DNA from: Octopus sinensis
Taxonomy: Eukaryota
Assembly: GCF_006345805.1 (NCBI RefSeq)
Contig: NC_043000.1
Location: forward strand, 129,580,001-129,644,000
Direction of reading: 5' to 3'
Length of the DNA: 64,000 nt
Made by a program: the position numbers and the translations under genes. The notes under the pieces are model-generated. The model worked only from the letters and a program-made list of their open reading frames with translations, ran no database searches and was not told where the DNA came from. Shown piece after piece: positions 52,665 to 64,000 of this stretch. Position 1 is the stretch's first letter; each line of letters begins with the position of its first letter.

Positions 52665-53014
52665 AACAAATCTTTCACTAATGTTTATTAGGTGCCAATA
52701 ATATGTCTATATTTTCTCTACGTCACGTCTTCGACATATGGACATGAAAAGAACTTTGCACAGCACCACTTGCCTCGTACTATATTATATCAACCCAAAA
52801 TGTAATCAAATTTGAACTATGTGAAAATTGCAACATGAACTCAAAAAGCTGCCACAAATATGCATTTATTTGACTATCAATTTTGCCAATTATATATATA
52901 TAAGTAGATACACACAGACACGCAGACACTCACATATTCACACACACACAAACACACATAATGTTTATCAATTATTATATATATATATATGCACACATAT
53001 AAACATATATATGC

Positions 53015-53061
<47 letters not shown>

Positions 53062-53067
53062 CACACA

Positions 53068-53149
<82 letters not shown>

Positions 53150-54054
53150 GCACAAGTGTATTTTTCTATATAAATGTGCGTGCCTATAAATCGTGCACCA
53201 AAGTTATAGCAACAAAAGAAAGGAATGAATAAAAAATGGCGTCGGTTATATATATTTACATAAGCATTAGAAACAAGTAGAAAAATATATCAAAGCGGCC
53301 AATATAGCAAAATGATGAACAGGAAAAACAGCAGCGGGAACGTCAACAATTTTTCATAAAAATAACTATATTATGTGGGAGGCCAATTTTGTAGACGAAT
53401 AAAATTGTGAGCGTATTGAATAGACCTTACTTATGCTTCAGTGATGGATGTAAAAAGCGAATTCCATCATGGCGGCATTCGCGTTTAGAATCCCTAGACG
53501 TAAATAGTTACAGTTAATTTTGAACTGCTAAGTTCAGAAGTGTTTGTCGTTGCTGAACGCAATGTTAGCCCCGATTCTGTAGTGTCATAAACGATAGGGT
53601 CACGGTGTAATACAATCTTTCTGTCAGATGCAATTAATAAAGGCGTAACTAAATATCGAAGCTTCTTTCTTCGGTGCTCTACCATTTCTGCTAATCCATC
53701 ATCCCTTTACACTTCACCTATAATATAAATCTTCAGAATGAGCATAAGGCCACACGTGTAGGAGAAGGGTAAATTCCATTGAAACGATCATCAGTGTTTC
53801 ACCGGTAGTTTATTTTATCGGTCCTGAAATAATTAATGGAAAATTTAACATCGTTGTGATTTGAACTCCGAATGTATAGGACTGTTATTAAATACTACAG
53901 TTTTTCCATCCCTATATTATTTCTGACAATCCATAATTAAATCAAAAGGATGTTTTAATAACTGCTTCTAACGTAGATATAAGGCTTGAAAATTGGGTGT
54001 AGGCAACGACTCCAGTATTTCACTAGTGTTTTATTTAACTAGTGTTTTTATCTA

Positions 54055-54343
54055 ACTTGACAAAACTATAATAAAACCTCGGTTGTTTCCGTGTCAACTC
54101 GACAATTCACTTCGGATATTTTCGTTACCTCCGTGACAGTGTGTGTGTTCTGTTTTTATGTATTTATGTGTTGTGGAATATAGATACAACAAAATTATGC
54201 CAGCAAAAAACCTTGCATATCTGTTCTTACCTGCTTCATGTGAGTATGTAAAATCCGCAAATTTTCGGAGGTCACGAAGATATCCGAAGTGAATTGTCGA
54301 GTTGTCACGGAAACAACCGAGGTCTTGTTATGGTTTGTCGAGT
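54055..54343. mobile_element. MITE/foldback element with about 80-bp TIRs
   Basis: 54055-54133 is the reverse complement (about 90% identical by eye) of 54266-54343; 132-bp spacer; TA at 54053-54054 and 54344-54345. Confidence 0.7.
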
Positions 54344-54483
54344 TAAAACGAAGGAACGCCTATTTATTTTACCGCCCCGCTAGAATCAAAAGCAAAGTTG
54401 AAGTGGGCGAAATTCCGAACTTGGAGAGCTGGAACAAATTCAGCATTACAAATTTTCGTCTGTCAGCTTGAAAAATAATTATG

Positions 54484-54896
54484 GTTTCAAATTTTGGCAC
54501 AAGGCCAAAAATTTTGAGGGAGGGGATTAAGGCGATTATATCGACACCAGTACTTGAGTGGTACTTATTCCATCGACCTTGAAAGGATGAATAGCAAAGT
54601 TGACCGCGGTGGAATTTGAACTCAGAACGTAAAGACGGATGAAATGCTTCTAAGCGTTTTGTCAGGTGTGCTGACGATTCTGCCAACTCACCGCCTTAGG
54701 TTTCAAATTTTGGTACAAAGCAAGCAAATTCAGGGGTTGGGGTAAGTCAATTACATCGGTCTCTGTGATCAACTTGTATTTGTTTTCATCGGCCCAGAAA
54801 CGATGAAATGCAAAGTCGGCCTCGGCGGAATTTGAACTCAGAGCGTAGAGACAGCTGAAATGCCGCTAAGCATTTTGCCCGGCGAAGGCGGAGGTG

Positions 54897-54941
<45 letters not shown>

Positions 54942-55118
54942 TAATAATAATAATAATAATCCTTTCCACTATAGGCACAAGGCCTGAAATGTTTGGGGGT
55001 GGGGACCAGTCGATTACATCGACCCCAGTCGATCTCGGTGGAATTTGAACTCGGAACGTAGCGATGGGTGAAATACCGCCAAGCACTATGCTAATGATTC
55101 TGCCAGCTCGGCGCCTTA
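54484..55118 (-). mobile_element. Cluster of three tandem SINE family B copies separated or followed by (AAT)n
   Basis: Units at about 54484-54698, 54699-54890 and 54961-55118 (the last internally deleted); (AAT)n at 54896-54960 and 55119-55176. Confidence 0.85.
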
Positions 55119-55120
55119 AC

Positions 55121-55177
<57 letters not shown>

Positions 55178-55571
55178 TTCTTTTTATGGTACTCAAATAT
55201 ACAAATATATTAATGTGCCTCAATACAGAAAATGTGTACAGTCTGATATATGTTTGTCATATATACGGTAAACAACATTACTTAACCAAATATATGTTCC
55301 TTTCAATAGGATTTATCGTTGACTGTACACAGCTTTGTTCTGGACAGTTAATCATTTTACCTTACACGTCACACACACACACACACACACACATTTTCAT
55401 GTGTTGTATATAAATGTGTGCGCCTGAATGTACCTGCATGAGTGTACGTGAATGTATGAATGTTATGTATGCTGTACACACTCAATAGGCACACAAACAC
55501 ACTAGTATATTTATCGTGTGAATACAAACACACATACACACACACACACACGCATATACATATTTGTAGAG

Positions 55572-55797
55572 GCGTGCTGGCAGAAACGTTAGCACGCCGG
55601 GCGAAATGCATAGCCGTATTTCGCCTGCCGCTACGTTCTGGGTTCAAATTCCGCCGAGGTTGACTTTGCCTTTCATCCTTTCGGGGTCGATAAATTAAGT
55701 ACCAGTTACGCACTGGGGTCGATGTAATCGACTTAATCCGTTTGTCTGTCCTTGTTTGTCCCCTCTGTGTTTAGCCCCTTGTGGGTAGTAAAGAAAT
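55572..55797 (+). mobile_element. SINE family B, full length with 18-bp TSD
   Basis: ATATACATATTTGTAGAG at 55554-55571 and 55798-55815; central CCTTTCATCCTTTCGGGGTCGATAAATTAAGTACCAG resembles a Deu/Nin-type SINE domain (from memory, unverified). Confidence 0.93.
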
Positions 55798-56054
55798 ATA
55801 TACATATTTGTAGAGTGAGAGGGAGGAGGAATGAATGAGAAGACGAATGACCCAGCGTGACAGAATGTGAAAGAGACACATTAAGAATTTAGCTCAATGG
55901 AAGATTAGAAAGAAAAATATATCATCGTAGCTTCCAACACTGGGGAAACACCCCTTCATATTTCAATCGCTGTTGGACTAAATGTACACTCACATGCATA
56001 CATACACGCCCACACACTTGCATTCACATGTGAGTACACAAGCATACATAAATA

Positions 56055-56620
56055 TTGGGTTGTCCGGAAAGTTCGTGCCGATTTATAGTTGCTTACGTTT
56101 CCACTTATTTTAGAACATGGTTGAGACCATAAAATAGGATTTGACTACACCTCCATTTAGAGCACAGTTTAAGCTATCTTTTCGTCGAAGAAGATTTATA
56201 TTCCTATAACTTGTGATGATTCTGTAACCCTTTAAAATAGAAGATAAGAAAGTTCAATTTCGGTACTTGATGGTTTGGGAACCAGACAAAAATTGCTGCA
56301 GCTCGGCAGGGATGTGTTATCCCACCCTCCATATTCACCAGATATTGCTCCTTCGGATTTCTACTTATTCAGGTCTCTGAAGAATAGTCTTAATGGTAAA
56401 ATTTTCAATTCCTTGGATGACGTAAAAAGATACCTTGATGAATTCTTTGCCATGAAGCCACCTCAATTCTGGGAAGAGGGTATTTTCAAGTTAAAGGAAA
56501 GATGGAGACGCATTGTGCAACAAAATGGTTTATATTTGGTTGATTAAAAATGTAATGGCAAGTATTTATTGACCTTTTTCTTTCCTTTAAAAATGGGCAT
56601 GAACTTTCCGAACAACCCAA
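56055..56620 (+). mobile_element. 566-bp internally deleted mariner
   Basis: TA-flanked 30-bp TIRs (3 mismatches); N-terminal (I)EDKKVQFRYLM joined out of frame to TRQKLLQLGRDVLSHPPYSPDIAPSDFYLFRSL...WRRIVQQNGLYLVD*. Confidence 0.95.
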
Positions 56621-56944
56621 TACATTCATATAAAAACTAATTGACAATAAATACGCATAAACGTATATAGATGTTGAGCCGGTCATGCATACACACACAA
56701 ATTCTAATTCACTCAAAACTTACAATTATTCATGGTAATATTCAAACATATGCAGACCCAAAAGTAGACACAAGATAAGTAAGTACTAATATTTCTGTTC
56801 GGACTTACGATTCTATTCTTGCATCATAACCTTCGTCTTGAGAGATTTATGAGAATAAATTATCTTCGGAATACAGTCATATGTATATGTGTGGGTGCTT
56901 TTGAATGTGTATGTGGGCGAGATTTTGTATATTCGTGTATATAT

Positions 56945-57220
56945 ACAGAGCGTCGGTTGCGGGGTCATTCCGAAAAGCTCTATCTGCGACGATTTCATCG
57001 CAATCGAAGGAGAGGGGCTTTCTCCGTCCGGGTTGCGGATCCGTGGAACAAGCTGCCAGACGAGATGGTGAAGATGCCGACGACCGCTTTGTTCAAAGTC
57101 TCCCTTGACCTCAAGTGGCCTGAACTCTTTACATGAACACCACTCTGTACATAACTCCATGTCCCCCTACATGGCCTTGCTTTTTGCTTTTTGAGCCAAA
57201 AAATTAACTAACTAACTAAC
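56945..57220 (+). mobile_element. CR1 LINE 3' end, 5'-truncated
   Basis: LRGHSEKL...RRGAFSVRVADPWNKLPDEMVKMPTTALFKVSLDLKW*, then a short 3'UTR and a (TAAC)n tail. Confidence 0.88.
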
Positions 57221-57515
57221 ATATGATTGTGTGTTTGCCTGTATAAATATCGATTGAGTACTTACGTCTACCCAGTTTCATTCACAAGGTTTGGGTTGAC
57301 ACTGTTGAAGCTCATCGAACATATTGTAACTCTAATTGAAAGGTTCAACCTTTGTAACATTTTGACGTGCTGAAAATTATGTTTCGGAAACGTTTGTCTG
57401 TGATATGCTCAGCGACAAACATTAATTTAAGGAATTGGCACTCAATCTGTACGGATACATGTATAAATCCAACTGTGCGGATACACCTTATATAAGTCTA
57501 ACTATACGGATACAA

Positions 57516-57776
57516 TGAAGGTGCGTGGCTTAGTGGTTAGGGTCTCAGCATCATGATCGTAAGATTGTGGTTTCGATTCCTGGACCTGGCGACTCGTTGC
57601 GTTCTTGAGCAAAACACTTCATTTCACGTTGCTCCAGTTCACTCAGCTGACAAAAATGAGTAACGCTGCGATGGACTGGCGTCCTATCCAGCTGGGGATC
57701 ACATACGTCTTTCAAACCGGGAAACTGGGCCCATGAGCCTGGCTAGGCTTTAAATGGGCGCATTTATTTATTTTAT
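57516..57776 (+). mobile_element. SINE family C with 12-bp TSD
   Basis: TATACGGATACA at 57503-57514 and 57777-57788. Confidence 0.9.
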
Positions 57777-58464
57777 TATACGGATACATCTCATATAAGT
57801 CCAACTGTACATGCACATCCATATTACTGTATAATTTTCAGGCACATAATTAAGAATATTTGCGGGAAATCAATAACCCTGTCCGAAAATAAAGACTACT
57901 TGCAGAAGAGACTCACTCTTATCTCTTCTATTACAATGAGGGTACTCACATTTTAATAGAGAAGCTACCTTTTGAAAAAAACCAACCGTCTTTTATAGTG
58001 ATTCACTAAAGGATTTATACTTCGAGTAATATTACTACATGTTCTAGATTAAAAAAATCACAGGGCGTAATATGAGCTGGTTCTTTCCTCTTCCATCTCA
58101 ACGTAGAAGCTAATCTTTCTCAAATTTACAGGATTAGGATTCTTCAACTATAGTCATAGGAGTTTCAGTAACAGACACACCCTTAAGCTGAGTTATAGTT
58201 GCGTTCCAAAAATAGAAAAAAAAATCATATTAGGGAAGACCCACGAGCGTAGCTGCAGAAAAATTAACGTTAATCACATTTCCGAGTCTTATAATGTTAG
58301 TGTTATTGATCACTAAACAATAGCTGAGAGTTTAAACTTCCAGAAGTTATCACAATCAGTTGGGACATTGAAAAAAAAAAAAAAAAAAAAAAGAGCTAAA
58401 CACGATACTCTATCTCCTAGCTACTGAAATATGGAAAAGGAGCACACAGGAAATGGATTTTCTT

Positions 58465-58800
58465 ATATCCTCGGAAGCCTCTTTAGAAGTGGCTGATAGT
58501 TTCTGTTACCTAGGAGTTCTAATTAGCAGTGGAGGTATAGGTATATGCTTCGAAAGCATAGTAGCCAGAACAAGAACGAGCTGGAAAATGTTCAAAGAAC
58601 CATTACTTTTGCTACAAAGTTTCTCTCTCAGAATAAAAACCGGATAGTATGATGCTTGCGTAAAAATTGAGTTGGCATAGTAGAAAGATGTGAGCCGAAT
58701 TTAGCTCCCACAGCTTGCAGATTTGCGAAAATTAGAAAAGCATTAAACAAGATGTGTAATGCTAGTGTGCAAAAGGAAAGTTGTAGTGAAAGAGTACAGT
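58465..58800 (+). mobile_element. RTE-clade LINE RT/thumb fragment
   Basis: SLEVADSFCYLGVLISSGG...ESIVARTRTSWKMFKE...FSLRIK..YDACV matches the recalled LEVVDSFCYLGD..SxGG.CS.S+.AR+R..WKKFRE...YDACV. Confidence 0.85.
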
Positions 58801-58802
58801 AG

Positions 58803-58948
58803 GGTTCTCCATCACTCCCTGCCGGAGCGTCGTGGCGCCTTAAGTGTGTTCGCTCAATAAACACTGACAACGCCGGGTCTGGGAATTGAAACCATGATCC
58901 TACGACCTCGAGTCCGCTAACCTATCCACTGGGCCATTGCGCCTCCAC
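58803..58948 (-). mobile_element. SINE family D, 5' half
   Basis: Reverse complement GTGGAGGCGCAATGGCCCAGTGGATAGGTTAGCGGACTCGAGG...GGTTTCAATTCCCAGACC. Confidence 0.8.
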
Positions 58949-59639
58949 ATATGTATATATATATATCACACACACACACACACACACACACACCACACAC
59001 ACACATATATATATATATATCTATATATATATATATATATTATATCACAAGTATATATATATATATATATATTATATCACAAGTATATATATATATATAT
59101 ATATATCTATATATATATATATATATAATATATATTATATCACAAGTTATATATATATATATATATACTTTCTCCCATGAATACGCATGTACATACATAC
59201 AGTACGACTATACTGTTGCTATAGTATTACTGGCATCTCTACCAAAACTACCACCGCCACTTTATTCACCTCTTACCTTAAATATTGCATTTGTCAATTT
59301 CCTACTTATACAGGAAGCTTATTATTAAACTTGTCTATTTCCATTTTATCATCACCATGATCACTATCATCACAAAAGAAAAACCACTATAATAAAAAAA
59401 AATGCACAACGTAAACTAACATGAAAATCCACCGCCATCACCATCACTACTTCTCTTCCTCCTCCTCCTTTTCTGCTATTACCATTCCCAACCAGCAATC
59501 TGAATACGAACTACAATATTAACAAAATCGATACTGCTCCCTCAATCTTCAATGCCATCGTTGTCATAAACAATATCAACACTACCATCACCGCCACACC
59601 ACCTCAACCGGCTGCTGCTCCCACAACAATAGCAACAAT

Positions 59640-59674
59640 AACAACAACAACTACTACTACTACAGCTGCTACTG

Positions 59675-59766
<92 letters not shown>

Positions 59767-59893
59767 GCTATTACTACTACTACTACTACTACAACTACTA
59801 CTGCTGCTGCTGTTACTACTACTACTACTACTACTACTACTATACTGCTATTACTACTACTACTACTACTACAACTACTACTGCTGCTGCTGT

Positions 59894-59935
<42 letters not shown>
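59640..59935. repeat. Compound (TAC)n/(TGC)n trinucleotide field with an internal duplication of about 75 nt
   Basis: ACTGCTATTACTAC...ACAACTACTACTGCTGCTGCTGTTACT occurs twice. Confidence 0.9.
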
Positions 59936-60373
59936 CTCTTATCTAATTGGTCGTAACTGAGAAGGGCTCACAATGCTGCGTGCAGAGACCACCACCACCA
60001 CTACTAACACCACCTTCACCACCAACAACAACAATGCTAATGAAGAAGCTGCAACACCAACAACTAGATATAGCAGCCAAATCTTTCTCGAATCACACTC
60101 TATAGTCTTACAAATTGCGAGGACCCGCTATCATCATTTCTGCCATCGCTACTACCACCATAAATCCAAGGTAATAAGACTTCTAGCGCTTAATTTCATT
60201 ACAACCACCACCATTTACGCCGCCACCATCGCTACCAAAGGCCCGCTATCGCCTCCGCTACTCAGCCTTATATGTACCAAAGCTACTAATACTACTAATA
60301 TTAGTAACTTTAGGATGATGACAACTACACCATCACCACCATTCTTCGTCGTCGTCATCGTCTTCCTCCTCCC

Positions 60374-60434
60374 ACCAGCACCAGCACCAGCACCAGCACC
60401 AGCACCAGCACCAGCACCACCACCACCACCACCG

Positions 60435-60507
<73 letters not shown>

Positions 60508-60512
60508 AGTAG
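60374..60512. repeat. (CCAGCA)n-(CCA)n-(CTA)n-(CTG)n microsatellite
   Basis: Direct tandem repeats. Confidence 0.95.
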
Positions 60513-60674
60513 CAGCTCTCAATATTGAGTACTGGTCTACTGATTCTAGAGAGGAGGTGACTCTATCAAAGCCAGTAATTGATACGAACGCTATTCTTAG
60601 TAGTTGTAAGCCTGACATTTGCACAGATAAATACAAGAGGCAAAGCAGAAAAAGAAACCTAATAGTTAGGCATA

Positions 60675-60706
<32 letters not shown>

Positions 60707-61199
60707 AGAAAAGAAGGAATAAGGAAAGAAAGGCAGAAAGAAAGAAAGTAAACACACACTCACATACACAAACACACAAAGCAACAAAATTATAAAAACA
60801 AACAAAAAAGCAGCAAGGAAAACAAGAAAAACAAAGCGAAGCAAATAAAAACGTTGCGACGAAGTTGTTAACAAGAAGCGAATTAAAGATGTCAGGAATA
60901 GGTGGAAGTTTAGCTCTGAAATTGACAAAGCGCGTCAGTTGAGAATAGAGCTGAGGTTTCACCATATAAGCTAACTTTCATTAATTGAAATTCTTAACTA
61001 ATGAAATTCCACAACGATGTTTTTCTCTCATGGGAAACTTCTGGAATGTTTCCTATCTAGTTTCGTTATCTGTTGGTGAAATAACGAAACGAAGAAACGA
61101 AATAATGAACAGAATAATTGTATGATGTAGTATTTACAATAATTCTATTGTGATAACCTAACACATACTAAAACGTAGTTCCTAATGTACATAGCAACG

Positions 61200-61640
61200 C
61201 GCAGATAGAAATACAAGGCATCTTAACACAAGGGATGTCAATTATCTTGTTCAGAGACACTGATCTCGGACCATTTTGATGAGAATAGCCTATAGAAACT
61301 TTCCCAGCTGCAGTGATTGCATTTAAAGGCACCGTCTTGTCCTGACTGTTTTCCCGTCGGTTTTGCCTTTCTTCAGCAGCAAAGCTCCGTCTCTCTTCTT
61401 GTTTACTTCCAATCTCAGTCAAAAGGGATCAGTTCCTCTAGCTGCCAAAGTTCATGTAAAGAGATTGTCTCTCTTGCGGACATTTTCAAAAGAGATAATG
61501 GAATAACCCTTGGGTTCTGTTTCCGATACTCCACATTGCAGGTTTTCCGGGATCCCTGTATCTGACATGTGATATACGTGGCTCAACTAGCGGAACTAGC
61601 GGAAGTTTCGTTGTTATGTCAATCACATATGAATCTCTAC
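61200..61640 (-). mobile_element. RTE-clade LINE 3' end, decayed
   Basis: Minus frames HVYHMSDTGIPENL (cf. HVxRMxDxRIPKxLLYGEL), then AEERQNRRE and GAFKCNHC..SIGYSHQ (C-terminal zinc-finger-like motif). Confidence 0.7.
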
Positions 61641-62027
61641 AGTCACATCAGCTGCTGCTCTGCCAACAAGACCGAAGCAAGTGTTTCCTGGCACAGATCC
61701 ATGGTCTCGTGAGACTAACAGATGTTTCCACTTAGAAATATGTTAGGTATCTTGTGAAATTGTGGAGACATATGGCGCTTTGCTGTTTGTTTTTACATTA
61801 ATATATATCGTATCATCGTGTAGAAGTGATGTATTCAAATAAGTTATCTACGTCGTAGATAACTTACACTGCGTAAGATTTTAGTAGATTCTCTTAATAT
61901 AGTGGCACTGAGGTGATTGGTGTTAAGATTTTAGGTGTCTCTAATTCATATATATATATATATATGAAATTTAGATATATACATTACGAGTCGAGACAGA
62001 TATCGTCAGCTGACCGGTGTCTGCTAC

Positions 62028-62072
62028 TCTAGGCCGACGAAGGACAATCATCCTGAAACACGTGTCCCTAGA
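62028..62072 (+). ncRNA. Putative minimal type I hammerhead ribozyme (U4C variant)
   Basis: TCTAGG/CCTAGA stem I; core CCGACGA; stem II AGGA-caatca-TCCT; GAAA; palindromic stem III ACACGTGT; GUC cleavage triplet ending at 62066. Confidence 0.75.
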
Positions 62073-62256
62073 TGCAGCCCGGGCGGCTGGGGGTATTTGT
62101 CTCCCCTTCGTAAATGTATATATGGACACAGAAAATATGTGTCAAAGCCATCAGGAGGCGTCGATGCTTCCTAGGGTTAAACAGCGGTGGTGTACCCCCT
62201 ACTGTCACGTTCGTGTTAGATTGACAGTATACAACCATTCTTATATGTATATATAT

Positions 62257-62386
<130 letters not shown>

Positions 62387-62860
62387 GGGAGAGAGTGTGA
62401 GAGAGGAGAAAGAGAGAGAAAAAACGAACAAAATAGCAAAGTAAAGCAAGAACGTTGATGGAGAGTGAATTCCGGATGGCTGCTGGCTTAGGAGAGGAAT
62501 TATTAGCTGAATGTGTGATCTAGGAGGTGAGGGTGAGTCAGATAGAACAACCGGAGAACTCACGAGTTATCGCGACACAGTGAAGCAGCATCTGGTCGTT
62601 TGATCTGCTAGAAATAGCAAGCAAACCTCTTATAGATTACATTCTACTGTCCTAATTATGATGTCAACCAATTTTTTGCTGCATTATCCTGTACTAGGTT
62701 AGTGAGAGTAGGGCGTGTTTGGTACAGACGCAGTTCGTACTTTTACAGCGTCGTTGAAAGACTACGAACTACCAAATCTCTGGCCAGATGTTACAGCATT
62801 TCGACCGTTTTTGCATGTTGGATCTCATAAATCGTGTTATTAGGTACAATTTCAACATAT

Positions 62861-63160
62861 TAGGTGCGTGGCTTAGTAGTTAGGATACCCTGCTCACGAT
62901 TGTAAGATCACGAGTTCGATTCCTGGCAGTGCGTTGTGTTTTTGAGCAAGGAACTTTATTTTACCTTGCTCCAGTCCACTCATCTGGAAAAAATGAGTTA
63001 GACCTGTATTTCAATGAGCCAACCATGTCAAATTCAGTGTGTCACGCTGAATCTCCCTGAGAACTACATTAAGGGTACGTGTTACTATGGAGTACTCAGC
63101 CACTTGTACGTTAATTTCACGAGCATGCTGATCCCTTGATCATATCATCTGGAACACTCG
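62861..63160 (+). mobile_element. Old SINE with C-type head and a third tail type
   Basis: C head GGTGCGTGGCTTAGTAG...TTGCTCCAGTCCACTCA, then CTGAATCTCCCTGAGAACTACATTAAGGGTAC...CTCAGCCACTTGTACGTTAA; this tail is also seen on minus at about 38330-38450 and 43250-43370. Confidence 0.65.
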
Positions 63161-64000
63161 ATGGTGTAGTAGTGCTATGCATTTTGTACAATGTATATTT
63201 TGAGGCGATTTTTCACAATTTTTAAAAATACTGATATTGATATTCAAATATTCCACCTGCTAGAGGTGATGATGAGGACGATGATGGTGACAGTAAAGGA
63301 GAAGATGATGAACTGAAGATAGAGATGATGATGATCATAACGATGGTAATATCATTTTTGCAGTTACTGATACTGCTGCTGACAACGATGATGATGATGA
63401 TGATGATGATGGTAATTGTTATAATGGTCATGAAACTCATATTAGTGATACTGAAGATAAGATGATGGGAATGGAAAAGATGTTGTTGTTGATGATGACG
63501 ATGATAATAAAAACGAAATATCAAAAAAAAAAAAAAACAACAAAAAAAGGAAAAAAAGAGAAAAATATTGTAATAAGTGTTTCGACGGTGAGCTTCCTGC
63601 GAGGCAATTACATTTTGGTAACGTAATGTAATTGTTGATGGTGATATAAATTATATTTTCCTGCTTGGACAATTATGAACATTTTAATTAGGTATCCACA
63701 CACACTAATTACACTATATATTCACGCACTTTAATGTACTCGATACTGGAATAATGGATCACGTGACTGTGCATTAAAATGTGTTCTCAATATATATATT
63801 ATATATATATATATACACATATACACAGATATACATATATATATATATGCATATCTGTTATATGTGTGTATATATATATATAAATGTACGTATGTATATA
63901 TAACTATACCAATGTATCTACCTATTATTTTTATATGCCCTTACATATATAAATGCAGACACACACATACAAACACGCACACACACACACACACACACAT

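Noticed and set aside
59973-60512. 179-aa Thr/Pro/Leu-rich mucin-like ORF
   Set aside because: Built from trinucleotide and hexanucleotide repeats; no domain or splice support
60840-60970. Short unique open frames between low-complexity tracts
   Set aside because: No recognisable motif and no convincing splice-site pair

Overview
Eukaryotic, AT-rich, repeat-saturated DNA. I could not identify any intact host protein-coding exon, rRNA, genuine tRNA or CRISPR array. The dense (TA)n/(CA)n/(TACA)n/(TAA)n microsatellites and the four recurring tRNA-derived SINE families (my labels A-D) look like an octopus genome; this is inference from recalled repeat landscapes, not a database result. The window is a stack of mobile-element relics. 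It holds about 30 SINE copies, some with clear 12-32 bp target-site duplications (TSDs), and two non-autonomous Helitrons, one carrying a 116-bp tandem array. It also holds three different mariner relics, several MITEs, CR1/Jockey- and RTE-type LINE fragments, and a 5'-truncated retroelement with a restriction-like endonuclease (R4/Dong-like) sitting in (TAA)n. The best second-look items are: (1) a near-canonical minimal type I hammerhead ribozyme at 62028-62072, inside a structured (TA)n-flanked cassette; (2) two related (TA)n-flanked elements that each begin with a perfect palindrome (77-bp arms at 36425 and 30-bp arms at 47547); (3) a bipartite 5'UTR+3'-end RTE derivative; and (4) a (TAA)n insertion hub. 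Nearly all long ORFs in the supplied track are microsatellite translations. All alignments were done by eye, so family names are provisional.
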